DNA from: an uncultured delta proteobacterium
GTDB lineage: Bacteria > Myxococcota > UBA727 > VGSZ01
Assembly: GCA_963775425.1 (NCBI GenBank)
Contig: CAVZJB010000018.1
Span: forward strand, 211,582-275,581
DNA length: 64,000 bases
Direction of reading: 5' to 3'
Positions 24,745 to 34,803 of the stretch are shown piece by piece. The notes under the pieces are model-generated. The model saw only the letters and a program-made list of their open reading frames with translations, was not told the DNA's origin and searched no databases. Each line of letters opens with the position of its first letter. Positions within the stretch are counted from its first letter, which is position 1. Both the position numbers and the translations under genes were made by a program.

Positions 24745-25197
24745 TCGCCTGGTCCGGCGGCGAGGCCCTTCCCCTGCGGGCGCCCAGGTTCCGAAGAGGT
24801 GCCGGTGGCGGGCGCCCTCGCCCCCGTCCCAGGCGGCGCTCCTTCGCGAATGCTCCCCAAAGCGATGGGCCGCGCCGCCTGGTCCGGCGACGAGGCCCTT
24901 CCCCTGCGGGCGCCCAGGTTCTCTTCGCGCCGAGACCGGGCCGAAGAGCGCCGAAGAGGTGCCGGTGGCGGGCGCCCTGCGGGGAAGACCCTCGCCGCCG
25001 TCCCGGCCGGCGGCGCTCCTTCGCGAATGCTCCCCAAAGCGATGGGCCGCGCCGCCTGGTCCGGCGACGAGGCCCTTCCCCTGCGGGCGCCCAGGTTCTC
25101 TTCGCGCCGAGACCGGGCCGAAGAGCGCCGAAGAGGTGCCGGTGGCGGGCGCCCTGCGGGGAAGACCCTCGCCGCCGTCCCGGCCGGCGGCGCTCCT
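24745..25197. repeat. 177-bp MITE-like unit in tandem (two near-identical copies plus a partial one)
   Basis: CCTTCGCGAATGCTCCCCAAAGCG starts at 24841 and 25018; partial copy from about 24745; related inverted copy at 27620-27748. Confidence 0.85.
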
Positions 25198-27230
25198 TAC
25201 TCGCCGCCGAACAGCGCGCGCACCGTCGAGGGCGCGGCCAGCGCCGCGCTGACGTCGAGGCTGCCGGCGGCGAACGACGCCGACGCGTGGGTGGTGACGG
25301 ACCACACGCGGTCGACCTCGTCGAGGCCCGTGTCGGCCTGCGTGGTGTCCGGCCCGAGGTACACGCGCGCCGGGCCGCCGTCGAGGACGCCGTCGACCGC
25401 GATGAGCTCGCCGCGGCGCGGCGGCACCGTCACCTGCGCGCCGTCGATGTCCGCGCCGCCGGCCGCGGGGAAGGCGGGGAGCGTCACGCGGCTCGTCGTC
25501 ACCGGCGCCGCCGCCCGCTCCGTGGCGAAGAGACCGTCCCCCATGCGCGCGCGCGTGGTGCTGCCGGCGACGGCGATGAGCGGGCGCCCCGCGGTCCACA
25601 GCGTCGGCGGCACGAACAGCCTCACCAGGCCCGGCGGCGCGAGCTGGCCGCCGGCGGTGGGGACGTCGAGGAGGCCGTCGCCGTCGTCGTCGACGACGAG
25701 GCGCAGCGACACCAGCACGAGGCCGCGGCCGGGCACCTGCGCGTAGAGCGCCACCCACGCCGCGTCGTCGCCCGGCAGCAGCGGCTGCACGCTCACGTCG
25801 ACCTGGTCGGAGGCGTCGAGCCGCGGGCGCACCAGCGGCGCTTCGCCGGCGCTCGCGAAGGCGCCGAGGTCGGCGGCGGTCGCCGGCAACGGCGCCGGGA
25901 CCGTGCTCACGGTCCCGGCGACGTCGAACGCGGTGGCGTCTTCGGCGCCGCGCCAGAGCGCGACGATGAAGTCGAAGGGCCGGTGCCCGCCGTCGACGGG
26001 CCCCAGGGCGTCCGAGACGGCGCTGATCCGCGCGCTTCCGCCCGTCATCGACAACAGCCGCGCGCCGGGCGCGCCGAAGGCGACGCCGCCGGAGAAGAGG
26101 TCGGCGGTGTCGAGCGACAGCGCCCCGCCGCTCGGCCGGCTGACGATGTCGCCGCCGGACGCGGTGATGCCTTCGATGTCGAGCCTGTCGTCGACGGGGA
26201 CCCCGATCACGGCCGCGGCCGTGAGGGCCTCGACGAGGTTCGGCACCGACAGCGTGGCGATCCCGACGCGGAGCTCGCCCGGCAGGGCCACGGCGTCGAG
26301 GTCGGAGCTGAAAGCGGCGCCGTCGGCGAGGCCGCCGGGCGTCGCGCGGGGGAGCAGGAGCTCGAGGTCGTCGCCGCCGGGCTCGAAGAGCCCCACCGTG
26401 CCGTAGCCCGCGGCGGCGGCGCGCACCGAGTGGACCCCTGCGCCGCCCGCGTCGACCGCAGCGACGCCGTCGCCGTCGGCGACGAGGTCGACGGGCGCGC
26501 CGGCGGCGAGCTCGAACGTCACCGCAGCACCTGCGAGCGGCTCGCCGGTCTCGGCGTCACGCACGACGACGCGCGCGCCGCCGCCGTCGACACGCGGCAG
26601 CGCCACGAGCGGCGCGCTGCACGAGACGCCGCCGCCCGCGGCGCTCACCGTCCCGGCGCACGAGCCCGGGCCGGCGCACGAAAGCGGCGGCACGTCGAGC
26701 GTGGCGTCGACGGGCAGCGGGCGGCCGGCGTCGTCGAGGAAGAGCACGTCGATGTGCGGCGCGGGCGCCCCGTCCACGGAGACGACGACGTGAGGCACGA
26801 TCTCGCACGACGAGGGAACGGGCGCCACGCACTGCGCGCCGGTGTCGACGGGCGCGCACAGCGCCGGCGCCTCACAGCCCTCCTCGGGCGCGAAGACGTC
26901 GCAAGCGCCGGCGTCCTCGCACCGCCCGCGGACCACGTCGCAGACGGTGCCTCCGACGCAGTCGCGGTCGCCGAAACACACCGACGGGACGCAGGCGCCG
27001 CACGCGTCGCCCTCCGACGCGCGCACGCACTGGGAGCCGCCCGCGCACTCGCGCGCTGCGGTGCACACCGGCCGCCCGTCGCTCCGCGCCGCGCACGGCG
27101 ACGTCGGGCTCGGCGCCGGCGCGGGCGCGCAACCGCCGCCGACGCCGACGACGCCGCCGCCGACGACGAACGCGACCCACGGGACAAGCCAGGCGAGGCC
27201 GGCGGGCGCCGGAGAGTGCGGGCGATTCAT
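25197..27230 (-). CDS. Cys-rich lipoprotein with carboxypeptidase-regulatory-like beta domain
   Basis: Signal ending GGGC, Cys-rich N-terminus, VVRDAETGEPLAGAAV. Confidence 0.7.
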   Translation of the reverse strand: MNRPHSPAPAGLAWLVPWVAFVVGGGVVGVGGGCAPAPAPSPTSPCAARSDGRPVCTAARECAGGSQCVRASEGDACGACVPSVCFGDRDCVGGTVCDVVRGRCEDAGACDVFAPEEGCEAPALCAPVDTGAQCVAPVPSSCEIVPHVVVSVDGAPAPHIDVLFLDDAGRPLPVDATLDVPPLSCAGPGSCAGTVSAAGGGVSCSAPLVALPRVDGGGARVVVRDAETGEPLAGAAVTFELAAGAPVDLVADGDGVAAVDAGGAGVHSVRAAAAGYGTVGLFEPGGDDLELLLPRATPGGLADGAAFSSDLDAVALPGELRVGIATLSVPNLVEALTAAAVIGVPVDDRLDIEGITASGGDIVSRPSGGALSLDTADLFSGGVAFGAPGARLLSMTGGSARISAVSDALGPVDGGHRPFDFIVALWRGAEDATAFDVAGTVSTVPAPLPATAADLGAFASAGEAPLVRPRLDASDQVDVSVQPLLPGDDAAWVALYAQVPGRGLVLVSLRLVVDDDGDGLLDVPTAGGQLAPPGLVRLFVPPTLWTAGRPLIAVAGSTTRARMGDGLFATERAAAPVTTSRVTLPAFPAAGGADIDGAQVTVPPRRGELIAVDGVLDGGPARVYLGPDTTQADTGLDEVDRVWSVTTHASASFAAGSLDVSAALAAPSTVRALFGGE

Positions 27231-27619
27231 GCGGCGCGTTGTGCCAGGTCAGGCAAGCCCCCGCCGCCTGACAAAGGCGGGCGCCGAGCGAAAAACCGCG
27301 ATGAGGGCGGCGCGCTCGTCGACGGCGGAGCGCTCGCGCTTCGATGGGCGCCGCCGTCGACGTCCGTCACGCCGTCGTCGAAAACGCTCCACCGCGCCCT
27401 CCCGGGCGCTCATCACGGCGCAGCTACTCAAGATTGCGAAGGGTCCTTCGACGCATCGCCAGACGAGGCTGCACTTGCGCGAGTCGTCGTCGGCGCCGTC
27501 GCATGACAATAGGTGCGGGCGTCCTCATAGAGGGGATGTCCAGGGGAGCCTGAACAAGCTCCTGCGCGACCGCGCCCGTGTGCTCGCCGTCGCGCGCGCC
27601 CTCGGCGAGCGGGCCGCGC

Positions 27620-27748
27620 TTGCGCCCGCCACCGGCACCGTTTCGGCATTGCTCGCGCGCACTCTCGGCGCGAAGGGAACCAGGGGCGCCCGAAGGGGAA
27701 GGGCCTCGTCGCCGGACCAGGCGGCGCGGCCCATCCCTTTGGGTACCT
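27620..27748 (-). repeat. Diverged inverted copy of the 177-bp unit
   Basis: GGGGAAGGGCCTCGTCGCCGGACCAGGCGGCGCGGCCCATC is the reverse complement of 24863-24904. Confidence 0.8.
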
Positions 27749-29230
27749 TCACGTCGTCGAAAACAGCTCGACGGCGCCCTTGCCCTTCAGCTCCACCGGC
27801 CCGAGCGACGCGAACGTCGCCGCGTCCTTGGCGCCCTCGACCACCGCGTGCGTCACGGCAATCTGCCCCGCGCCGGCCTTGCTGCAGCAGCGGCTCGCGA
27901 CGTTCACCGTGTCGCCGATGACCGCGAACTCCACCACCCGATCGTTGCCCAGGTTCCCCATCACCAGCGGCCCGGTGTTGATGCCCACGCCCATCTCCAC
28001 CGCGCGCGGGCCGAAGGCGCCGGCGGCGTTGGCGCGCGCGAGCTCGGCCTGCATCTCGACGGCGCAGCGCACGGCCCGCGCCGCGTGGTCAGGCTGGTCG
28101 AGGGGCGCGTTCCACACGACGACGATGGCGTCGCCGATGAACTTGTTGATGTACCCGTCGAAGCGCGACACCACGTCGATGAGCAGCGACATGTAGCGGT
28201 TCAACAGCGCGATCACCTCTTCGGGCGCCAGCGCCCCCGACATCGCCGTGAAGCCGCGGATGTCCGTGAACATCACCGTGGCCACGCGCCGCTCGGTGCC
28301 GAGCGCGCCCGCCTCGCGCTGCGCGCGCAGGTGCTCGAGCACCACCGGCGAGAGGTACTTGCCGAACGCCGTCTCCAGGAAGTGTCGCTCCCGCGCGGCC
28401 TTCAACATCTCGTTGAAGCCGCGCTGCATGTCGGCGATCTCGTCGTTGCCGTCGACGTCGATGGGGTTGTCGAGGTCGCCGGCGCCCACGCGCTCGAACG
28501 CCTCGCTCAATTCCGAGATGCCCACCGTCGCGTTCTTGCCGAACCGCCACGCCAACAACAACACGAAGGGCAATTCGAGGCCGACGGTGGCGCCCGCCAT
28601 CACCCCCAGGTAGTCGCTGGCGAGGTGGTAGACCTTGTCGAGCGTAGTCACGTAGTTCTCGAGGTGACCCTGGTCGAGCGCCCACTGGATGATGTTGTGG
28701 GCGCGCGCGCTCAGGTAGCCGATCCACAACACCGTCCCCGCCGACATCGTCAGGATGAGCGCGATGAGCCGCGTGGACACGTGGCGGAAGCCCTTGGTCG
28801 TCGCGTACAGCAGGTCCGCCATGGCGAGCCCGAGCAGGATGAGCCCCGCGAACACCGCGATGGACAGGAACACCGCCGTGAGCTCGAGGACGCGCCCGAT
28901 CCACAGAAGCGAGGAGCGCCCGAGCAGCGAGTAGACCTGCGGCACCGCCGTGATGAGCGCCACCCCGAGCGCCAGGCGCAGCAGCGCCCCCACCACCGAC
29001 GTCGGCTTCAGCGCGCGCTGGATGACCCAGTCCACCGCGCGCGACAGCTCCCACGCGCAAAACGGCACCGCCAGAAAGCCCATGGCGGTGGCGGCGATGG
29101 CGAAGCCCATGCGCCCCTGCGTGAAGCCCGCGACGAACATCCCGATGAGGTGCGCGCCGAGCAGCGTCAACGCCACCGGCACCAGCACCGCGCGGCGCTT
29201 GAGGGTCGCAGGGACGCGAGCGACGACCAT
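27749..29230 (-). CDS. Membrane class III adenylate/guanylate cyclase with HAMP domain
   Basis: Several TMs, HAMP (GNDEIADMQRGFNEM), TVMFTDIRGFT, KFIGDA, IGDTVNVASR. Confidence 0.92.
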   Translation of the reverse strand: MVVARVPATLKRRAVLVPVALTLLGAHLIGMFVAGFTQGRMGFAIAATAMGFLAVPFCAWELSRAVDWVIQRALKPTSVVGALLRLALGVALITAVPQVYSLLGRSSLLWIGRVLELTAVFLSIAVFAGLILLGLAMADLLYATTKGFRHVSTRLIALILTMSAGTVLWIGYLSARAHNIIQWALDQGHLENYVTTLDKVYHLASDYLGVMAGATVGLELPFVLLLAWRFGKNATVGISELSEAFERVGAGDLDNPIDVDGNDEIADMQRGFNEMLKAARERHFLETAFGKYLSPVVLEHLRAQREAGALGTERRVATVMFTDIRGFTAMSGALAPEEVIALLNRYMSLLIDVVSRFDGYINKFIGDAIVVVWNAPLDQPDHAARAVRCAVEMQAELARANAAGAFGPRAVEMGVGINTGPLVMGNLGNDRVVEFAVIGDTVNVASRCCSKAGAGQIAVTHAVVEGAKDAATFASLGPVELKGKGAVELFSTT

Positions 29231-29323
29231 GCCCGCTTCTTATCCCACGCGCGTCCCCGTCAAAGGGGCCACAAACGCGGCCCCGCCGCGAATGGGGTCA
29301 CGCCGCGAACGGGCTCAAGGGCG

Positions 29324-31453
29324 TCATTGGAACGTGGCGGTGATGTACAGCTCGCGGGCCGCGACGATGTTCGCCTTGAGCGCCACCTCGCTCGCGCCCT
29401 TCTTGACCACCACCTTGTGCGGCCCGGCGTAGAGCTGGATGGCGGGCATGGGCGTCTTGCCGATGCGCTTTCCGTCGACGAAGACGTCGAGGCCGTCGGC
29501 GAGCTGGTCGAAGGTCAACGAGCCCTTGGCGGCGGTCAGCTCCACCTCCTCGGTGCCGCCGCCGCGCAGGCGCACGGTCTTTGACACCTGCGCCCCCAGC
29601 GCCCGATCGCGCGCCACGACGTGGTGCCGGCCGGCCTTGCCCTCCCAGGTGCCCTTGCCCTTGCCGATCTCCTTGCCGTCGACGGTGATGACCATGCTCG
29701 ACGGATCCGTGCTCACCACGATCTTGCCCGGCCCCGCCGGCGCGCTCGCGTGGTGCTCGCCGCCGGCGCGCTCGTGGCCCTCGTGCGTCGGGGTGTCGCT
29801 CGGCTTGAGCGGCTCGATGGGCAGATCGGCGGGCGCCGTCGGAGGCGGCGGCGCGGGCGGCGGCGCGGGCGGCGGCGCCGGCTGCTGCACGATCACCTGC
29901 GGCGGCGGCTCGTCGCTGCGCGTGACGACGTAGACGACGAGGGCGACGGCGAGGGCGCCGCACGCGCCGAGCGCGACCAGGGTGATGGGCGAGCTGCGGT
30001 ACACCACCGGCGGCTGCGACGAGTACGGGTACGCCTGCGGCTGCGGCGGCGGCAGCGTCGCCGCCGGCGGCACGGTGGGGTTCGCCTTCCACGACGGCGG
30101 CGCCGGGGCCGCGCGCTGCTTCTCGGACGGCTCGCGGGGGAGCGCGCCCGCCACCGCCGCCGCCGCCGCCGGCGACGCCAACGCGTTGTTGGGCACGGTG
30201 GGGACGTCCGAGATGGGCGTGGGCGGTCGCGTCTCCTGGTTGTGGACGTCGACCTCGCCCGTGGGCTCGGCCCCCGCCGACGCCGGCAGCCCGCCGTCGA
30301 TGGCGACGGAGCGCGGCAGCGGGCCGCTGCCCCCCGACGAGGACGGCGGCCCTCCCGGGGGCCGCTGCTGGTGCACCGGCGTGACCTCGACATGGGTGCC
30401 GTGCGCCGCCTCGATCTCGTCGTCGCTGGGGGCCGGCGCGCGCGCCTTGGTGGCCTTTTGCAGCTCGGGCGGGATCTCGGTGAGCAGGCGCCCCGTGGAC
30501 GCCGGCGGCTTCTCCCGCGCGGCGATGAGCATCTGGTCGCGTGTGGCGCGCGGGACGGTGTCCGGCGGGAACAGCTCGTCCATGAAGCGCCGGATCTCGA
30601 GCTCGGTGGCGAGCTCGCAGTGATCGAGGATCTGGTGGCGCATCTCGAGGGCGGTGGCGAAGCGCTCGGCGCTCTTTTTGCGCGTGGCCTTGAGCACGAT
30701 GAGCGCCATGGCGTCGGTGACGCCCTCGTACTTGGGGTTCGACAGCTCGTCGCGGATCATGGCCTCGGCGAGGTCGTTGTCGGCGGCGAAGGGGGCCTTG
30801 CCCGTGAGCGCCTCGTACATGACGCAGCCGAGGGCGTAGACGTCGGTCTGCACGGTGGCGGCGTTCCTGCCGCCGTAGGACTGCTCGGGCGCGCTGTAGG
30901 CGTCCTTGACGTTCTCCGTGCCGCGGCTCTTGCGCTGCACCTCGGCGATGGTGGTGGCGCCGTAGCCGGTGACCTTGCCCATGCCCTTGAAGGAGATCTG
31001 CAGGGTCTCCGGGCGGATGCCGCCGTGCACCATGGGCTCGCCCGTCTCCATGGTGCCGAGCTCGTGGGCGTAGTGCACGCCCATGCAGGCGTCGGCGACG
31101 AGGGCGCAGGCGACGTTCGGCGGGATGGGCTTTTTGAGGGTGGTGGCCCGGCGGTACACCGAGCGCAGCGACTCCGCGTCCGCGTACTCGACCACACGGG
31201 CGTACCCCTCGTCGAGGCGGGCCAGGCCCATGACGCCGATGACGTTCACGTGGTCGATCTGGCTGCCGAGCTCGGTCTCGGTCCACACGCGCTTGAACAG
31301 ATCGGGGCTGTCCACGATCTCGTCGGGGAGGAACACCATGACCGCCGGCTTCACGAGGCCGTCGGCGTGGAGACACCCGAGGAACGCCTGGGATCCGAAG
31401 CCGCCCATCAGGGGGCCCAGCACCGAGAACTCTGTCGGCTTCACGACGCGCAT
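29324..31453 (-). CDS. Membrane pseudokinase with C-terminal PEGA-like domains
   Basis: Kinase fold (YSAPEQ, DVYALG) but HGGIRPET for HRDxKxxN, TGYG for DFG and no VAxK lysine; VFVDGKRIGKTP PEGA repeat. Confidence 0.82.
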   Translation of the reverse strand: MRVVKPTEFSVLGPLMGGFGSQAFLGCLHADGLVKPAVMVFLPDEIVDSPDLFKRVWTETELGSQIDHVNVIGVMGLARLDEGYARVVEYADAESLRSVYRRATTLKKPIPPNVACALVADACMGVHYAHELGTMETGEPMVHGGIRPETLQISFKGMGKVTGYGATTIAEVQRKSRGTENVKDAYSAPEQSYGGRNAATVQTDVYALGCVMYEALTGKAPFAADNDLAEAMIRDELSNPKYEGVTDAMALIVLKATRKKSAERFATALEMRHQILDHCELATELEIRRFMDELFPPDTVPRATRDQMLIAAREKPPASTGRLLTEIPPELQKATKARAPAPSDDEIEAAHGTHVEVTPVHQQRPPGGPPSSSGGSGPLPRSVAIDGGLPASAGAEPTGEVDVHNQETRPPTPISDVPTVPNNALASPAAAAAVAGALPREPSEKQRAAPAPPSWKANPTVPPAATLPPPQPQAYPYSSQPPVVYRSSPITLVALGACGALAVALVVYVVTRSDEPPPQVIVQQPAPPPAPPPAPPPPTAPADLPIEPLKPSDTPTHEGHERAGGEHHASAPAGPGKIVVSTDPSSMVITVDGKEIGKGKGTWEGKAGRHHVVARDRALGAQVSKTVRLRGGGTEEVELTAAKGSLTFDQLADGLDVFVDGKRIGKTPMPAIQLYAGPHKVVVKKGASEVALKANIVAARELYITATFQ

Positions 31454-31495
31454 TCTTTCGTGGCACCTTCGGCCCCGTCAAACGCGGAGGCTCCC

Positions 31496-32035
31496 GTGGC
31501 CCACATCATCGAAGTCGCAAAGTCCGGACGCGCCAGTTGCCGTACGTGCAAGAAGTCCATCGCCAAAGGAGAGCTCCGTTTGGGGGAGGAAGTTCCCAAC
31601 CAATTCGCGGCCGGCGAGATGACCTACCAGTGGCATCACCTCCCCTGCGCCGCCAAGAAGAAGCCCGGTCCCCTGAAGGCGGCGCTCGACAGCACCGAGC
31701 TCGACGTCCCCGACAAGGACGAGCTGTTGAAGACCATCGCCGAGGCCGCCAAGCACGTGAAGCCCTCGACGTTCCCCTACGCCGAGCGCGCGCCCTCGGG
31801 CCGCTCCTCGTGCATGCAGTGCAACAACGCCATCGCCAAGGGTGAGCTGCGCGTCGCCGTCGAGCGCGAGGTGGACACGGGGTCGTTCGTCACCAAGAGC
31901 GCCGGCTACCTCCATCCCGCTTGCGCCCTCGCGCACACCGGCGAGGAGGCCGGGCCGTTCTTCGACAAGCTCAAGGAGAGCTCCTCGTCGCTCGAGCCCG
32001 GCGACCTCGAGACCCTCAAGAGCGAGCTGCACTGA
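31496..32035 (+). CDS. Stand-alone tandem PARP-type zinc-finger protein
   Basis: EVAKSGRASCRTCKKSIAKGELR...WHHLPC and ERAPSGRSSCMQC..IAKGELR...LHPAC; GGAGG before GTG 31496. Confidence 0.88.
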   Translation: MAHIIEVAKSGRASCRTCKKSIAKGELRLGEEVPNQFAAGEMTYQWHHLPCAAKKKPGPLKAALDSTELDVPDKDELLKTIAEAAKHVKPSTFPYAERAPSGRSSCMQCNNAIAKGELRVAVEREVDTGSFVTKSAGYLHPACALAHTGEEAGPFFDKLKESSSSLEPGDLETLKSELH

Positions 32036-32121
32036 GCGGCGCGCCCGGGGTCCGCGCCGTGCTTCGTGGCGCGGCGGCTCGTCCGCCGCCGTCCCGCCGC
32101 GAGGTGCGCTACGCTCGGCCC

Positions 32122-33867
32122 GTGGACAATCGCGCACCGCGCATCCTCATCGTCGACAACAACGCGGAGAGCGCCGCGGAGGCGCGCGCTCACCTCGAGA
32201 GCGAGGGGTTTCGCGTCGAGGTCAGCGAGGGCGCGTCGGGCGCCGCGCTCTGGCTCGCGCAGGCGTTTCGCCCGTGGGTCGTCGTGGCCCGCCACCAACT
32301 GCCGAGCACCGACGGCATCGAGGTCTGCCGGCTCTTGAAGAACGAGTCGGAGACCAGCCACATCCAGGTGATCCTCGCCGTGGCCCCGTCGGTAGCGCGA
32401 AAGAACGACGACAAGCTCACCGTGCGCGCCCTCGAGGCCGGCGCCAGCCTGGTGTTGCCCGCGGGCTTTTCGAAGGATCTCCTGGTCGCCCACGTCTACG
32501 CGCAGCTCAACGTCTTCCAGATGGTGATGGAGCTCCGCGAGCGCAACCACTTCCTGCGCGACCTCGTGCAGCGCGACCCGATGACGGGCCTGTTCAACCA
32601 CGCGTACCTGCACGAGCTCCTCGACCGCGAGCTCGCGCGCTCGGGCCGCACGCGCTCGCCCGTGTCGCTGCTCCTCGTCGACGTCGACCACTTCAAGAAG
32701 GTCAACGACACCCACGGCCACCAGGCCGGCGACTACGTCCTCAAGACCGCCGCCGAGCTGCTCACGAGCGGCGGGCGCCGCGCCGACGCCGTCGCCCGCT
32801 ACGGCGGCGACGAGTTCGCCCTCGTCCTGCCCGACACGCCGCGCGCCGGTGGCGCCGTGCGCGCCGAAGCCCTGCGCGCGAGCATGCAGAGCCGCGCGTT
32901 CGCGGACCGGAACCTCCCCGGCGTCACGCTCTCGATCGGCGTCGCCACCTTTCCCGACGACGGCGACGACCGCACCGAGCTCCTGCAGTGCGCCGACCGC
33001 GCGTTGTACGCGGCCAAGCGCATCGGGCGAAACCGCGTCGTCGCCTACCACGCCGACCTCGGCGGCGAAGACACGCCCACGGCGGAGACCGGGCCCGAGC
33101 TCGAGCGGCTGCTGGCGCTCGGCGACGTCATCCGCGGCCGCATGGCCACGTTCGTCTACCAGCCCATCCTGTCCGCGGAGACCGGCGCCGTCTTTGCGCA
33201 CGAGGCCCTGTGCCGGCCGCAGCACCCCGCGTTCCCGCACGCGGGCGCGCTGTTTTCGTCGGCGGAGCGCGCGGGTCGCGTCGCCGAGCTCGGCCGCGAG
33301 CTGCGGCAGGTGGCGGTGGCGCCGCTCGACGAGCTGCGGCCGCCGGCGCTGATGTTTTTGAACCTCCACCCGCTCGAGCTCTCCGACGCCCTCGTCGACG
33401 AGGCGCTCACGCTCCACGCGCGCAACGCCGAGCGCATCGTCTTCGAGATCACGGAGTCGTCGCAGATCCACGACTACCGGCGCATGCGCAACGTGATCTC
33501 CACGCTGCAAGGCGCCGGCTTCCGCGTGGCCATCGACGACCTCGGCGCGGGCTACGCGGGCCTCAACTCCGTGGCGATGCTGCGCCCCGACATCGTCAAG
33601 CTCGACATGGGGCTCGTGCGCGGCATCCAGCGGGACACCACCGCCGCCCGCCTCATCCGGCACATCCTCGACTTCGCCGCCGGCGAGGACATCCTCGTCG
33701 TCGCCGAGGGCGTGGAGACCGCCGACGAGCGCCGCGTGGTCGGCGACCTCGGCTGCCCCCTGCTGCAGGGCTTCTACTTCGCCAAGCCCGGCCCGCCCTT
33801 CCCCGAGGTGAAGGCGCTCAACGCCTGGCTCTCGACCACGAGCCGCAAGAAGAAGCGGCGCGCGTGA
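32122..33867 (+). CDS. REC(atypical)-GGDEF-EAL c-di-GMP enzyme
   Basis: RxxD I-site then YGGDEF; HEALCR and DDLGAGY; receiver lacks the phospho-Asp. Confidence 0.92.
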   Translation: MDNRAPRILIVDNNAESAAEARAHLESEGFRVEVSEGASGAALWLAQAFRPWVVVARHQLPSTDGIEVCRLLKNESETSHIQVILAVAPSVARKNDDKLTVRALEAGASLVLPAGFSKDLLVAHVYAQLNVFQMVMELRERNHFLRDLVQRDPMTGLFNHAYLHELLDRELARSGRTRSPVSLLLVDVDHFKKVNDTHGHQAGDYVLKTAAELLTSGGRRADAVARYGGDEFALVLPDTPRAGGAVRAEALRASMQSRAFADRNLPGVTLSIGVATFPDDGDDRTELLQCADRALYAAKRIGRNRVVAYHADLGGEDTPTAETGPELERLLALGDVIRGRMATFVYQPILSAETGAVFAHEALCRPQHPAFPHAGALFSSAERAGRVAELGRELRQVAVAPLDELRPPALMFLNLHPLELSDALVDEALTLHARNAERIVFEITESSQIHDYRRMRNVISTLQGAGFRVAIDDLGAGYAGLNSVAMLRPDIVKLDMGLVRGIQRDTTAARLIRHILDFAAGEDILVVAEGVETADERRVVGDLGCPLLQGFYFAKPGPPFPEVKALNAWLSTTSRKKKRRA

Positions 33868-33885
33868 GGCCCGCCCGCACGCGAG

Positions 33886-34704
33886 CTACCGCTGCATGGC
33901 CTCCTCGGTGAAGTCGGCCTCGGTGAGCTTGGCGGCGGGGTTGATCTTTTCAATCTCCAGCTCGGTGCGCGAGCCGGACTCCGTCTTCATCTCGACGTCG
34001 ACGGGGACCTGCTCGCCGTTCACCTTCTGGAGCTTTCGGACGCGCAGGGTCTTCAAGGCCTTGCCGGCGTTGTCGAAGAACTCGATCTTGAGCGGCACCA
34101 GGAACTTCTTGTGCACGTAGGCGATCACGCGGCCGTAGGGGGAGCCGTCGATCTTGGGCGTCACCTTCAGCACGTAGACGGGCTGGCCGCCGATGTCGCT
34201 GTCGTCGAGGCGATCGATCTGGACCTTGTCCTTGGTGGACATCGGCAGCGGCATGAGGTCGCCGTAGGTGAAGTCGGAGCCGAAGAACGTCGAGGTGGCG
34301 TTGCCCGCGGCGATGCGGCGGACCACCTTCATCTTGGGCGTGTACACGTACTGGTCGGGCAGCGCGTCCTTCTTCTGGAGCACCAGGAACGCCGTGCCGT
34401 TGACGTCGGCGGGCTTGGTGAATTTCACCATGCTCTTCAGCATGCCGTCGTCGCCGCGCATGGCCTCGATGTCGAGGGTGCGCTCCTTGGCGTCGCCCTT
34501 GGTGGTGACGATGGTCATGCGCAGCGTGGCCGTCCCCTCCTTGAAGCCGACGGCGCCCTTGTCGAGCGCCTTTTGCACGATCTCCTGGGGGGTGAGCGTG
34601 TCCTTGTCGGGGATCTTGTCGCCCGCCCCGAGCGCGCTCCCCGCGAGCAAGGTGGCGGGGAGCAAAGCGACGGCGAAGGCGGCGGCGGGGTGTGCGCGGA
34701 CCAT
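33886..34704 (-). CDS. Outer-membrane lipoprotein-sorting (LolA-like) protein
   Basis: Signal peptide; [30 protein letters not shown]. Confidence 0.8.
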   Translation of the reverse strand: MVRAHPAAAFAVALLPATLLAGSALGAGDKIPDKDTLTPQEIVQKALDKGAVGFKEGTATLRMTIVTTKGDAKERTLDIEAMRGDDGMLKSMVKFTKPADVNGTAFLVLQKKDALPDQYVYTPKMKVVRRIAAGNATSTFFGSDFTYGDLMPLPMSTKDKVQIDRLDDSDIGGQPVYVLKVTPKIDGSPYGRVIAYVHKKFLVPLKIEFFDNAGKALKTLRVRKLQKVNGEQVPVDVEMKTESGSRTELEIEKINPAAKLTEADFTEEAMQR

Positions 34705-34803
34705 GGGCTCCTCTTTCGACGTTGGACGGTCAGCGTCAACGCCGCATTCGATCTCGCATCACGCTCTGTACCAACGAGCGCCCAGGCAAGCTAGAAGCGC
34801 CCC

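Noticed and set aside
24799-25200. ORFs with duplicated peptides across 24.8-25.2 kb and 55.4-55.9 kb
   Set aside because: Translations of non-coding DNA repeats.
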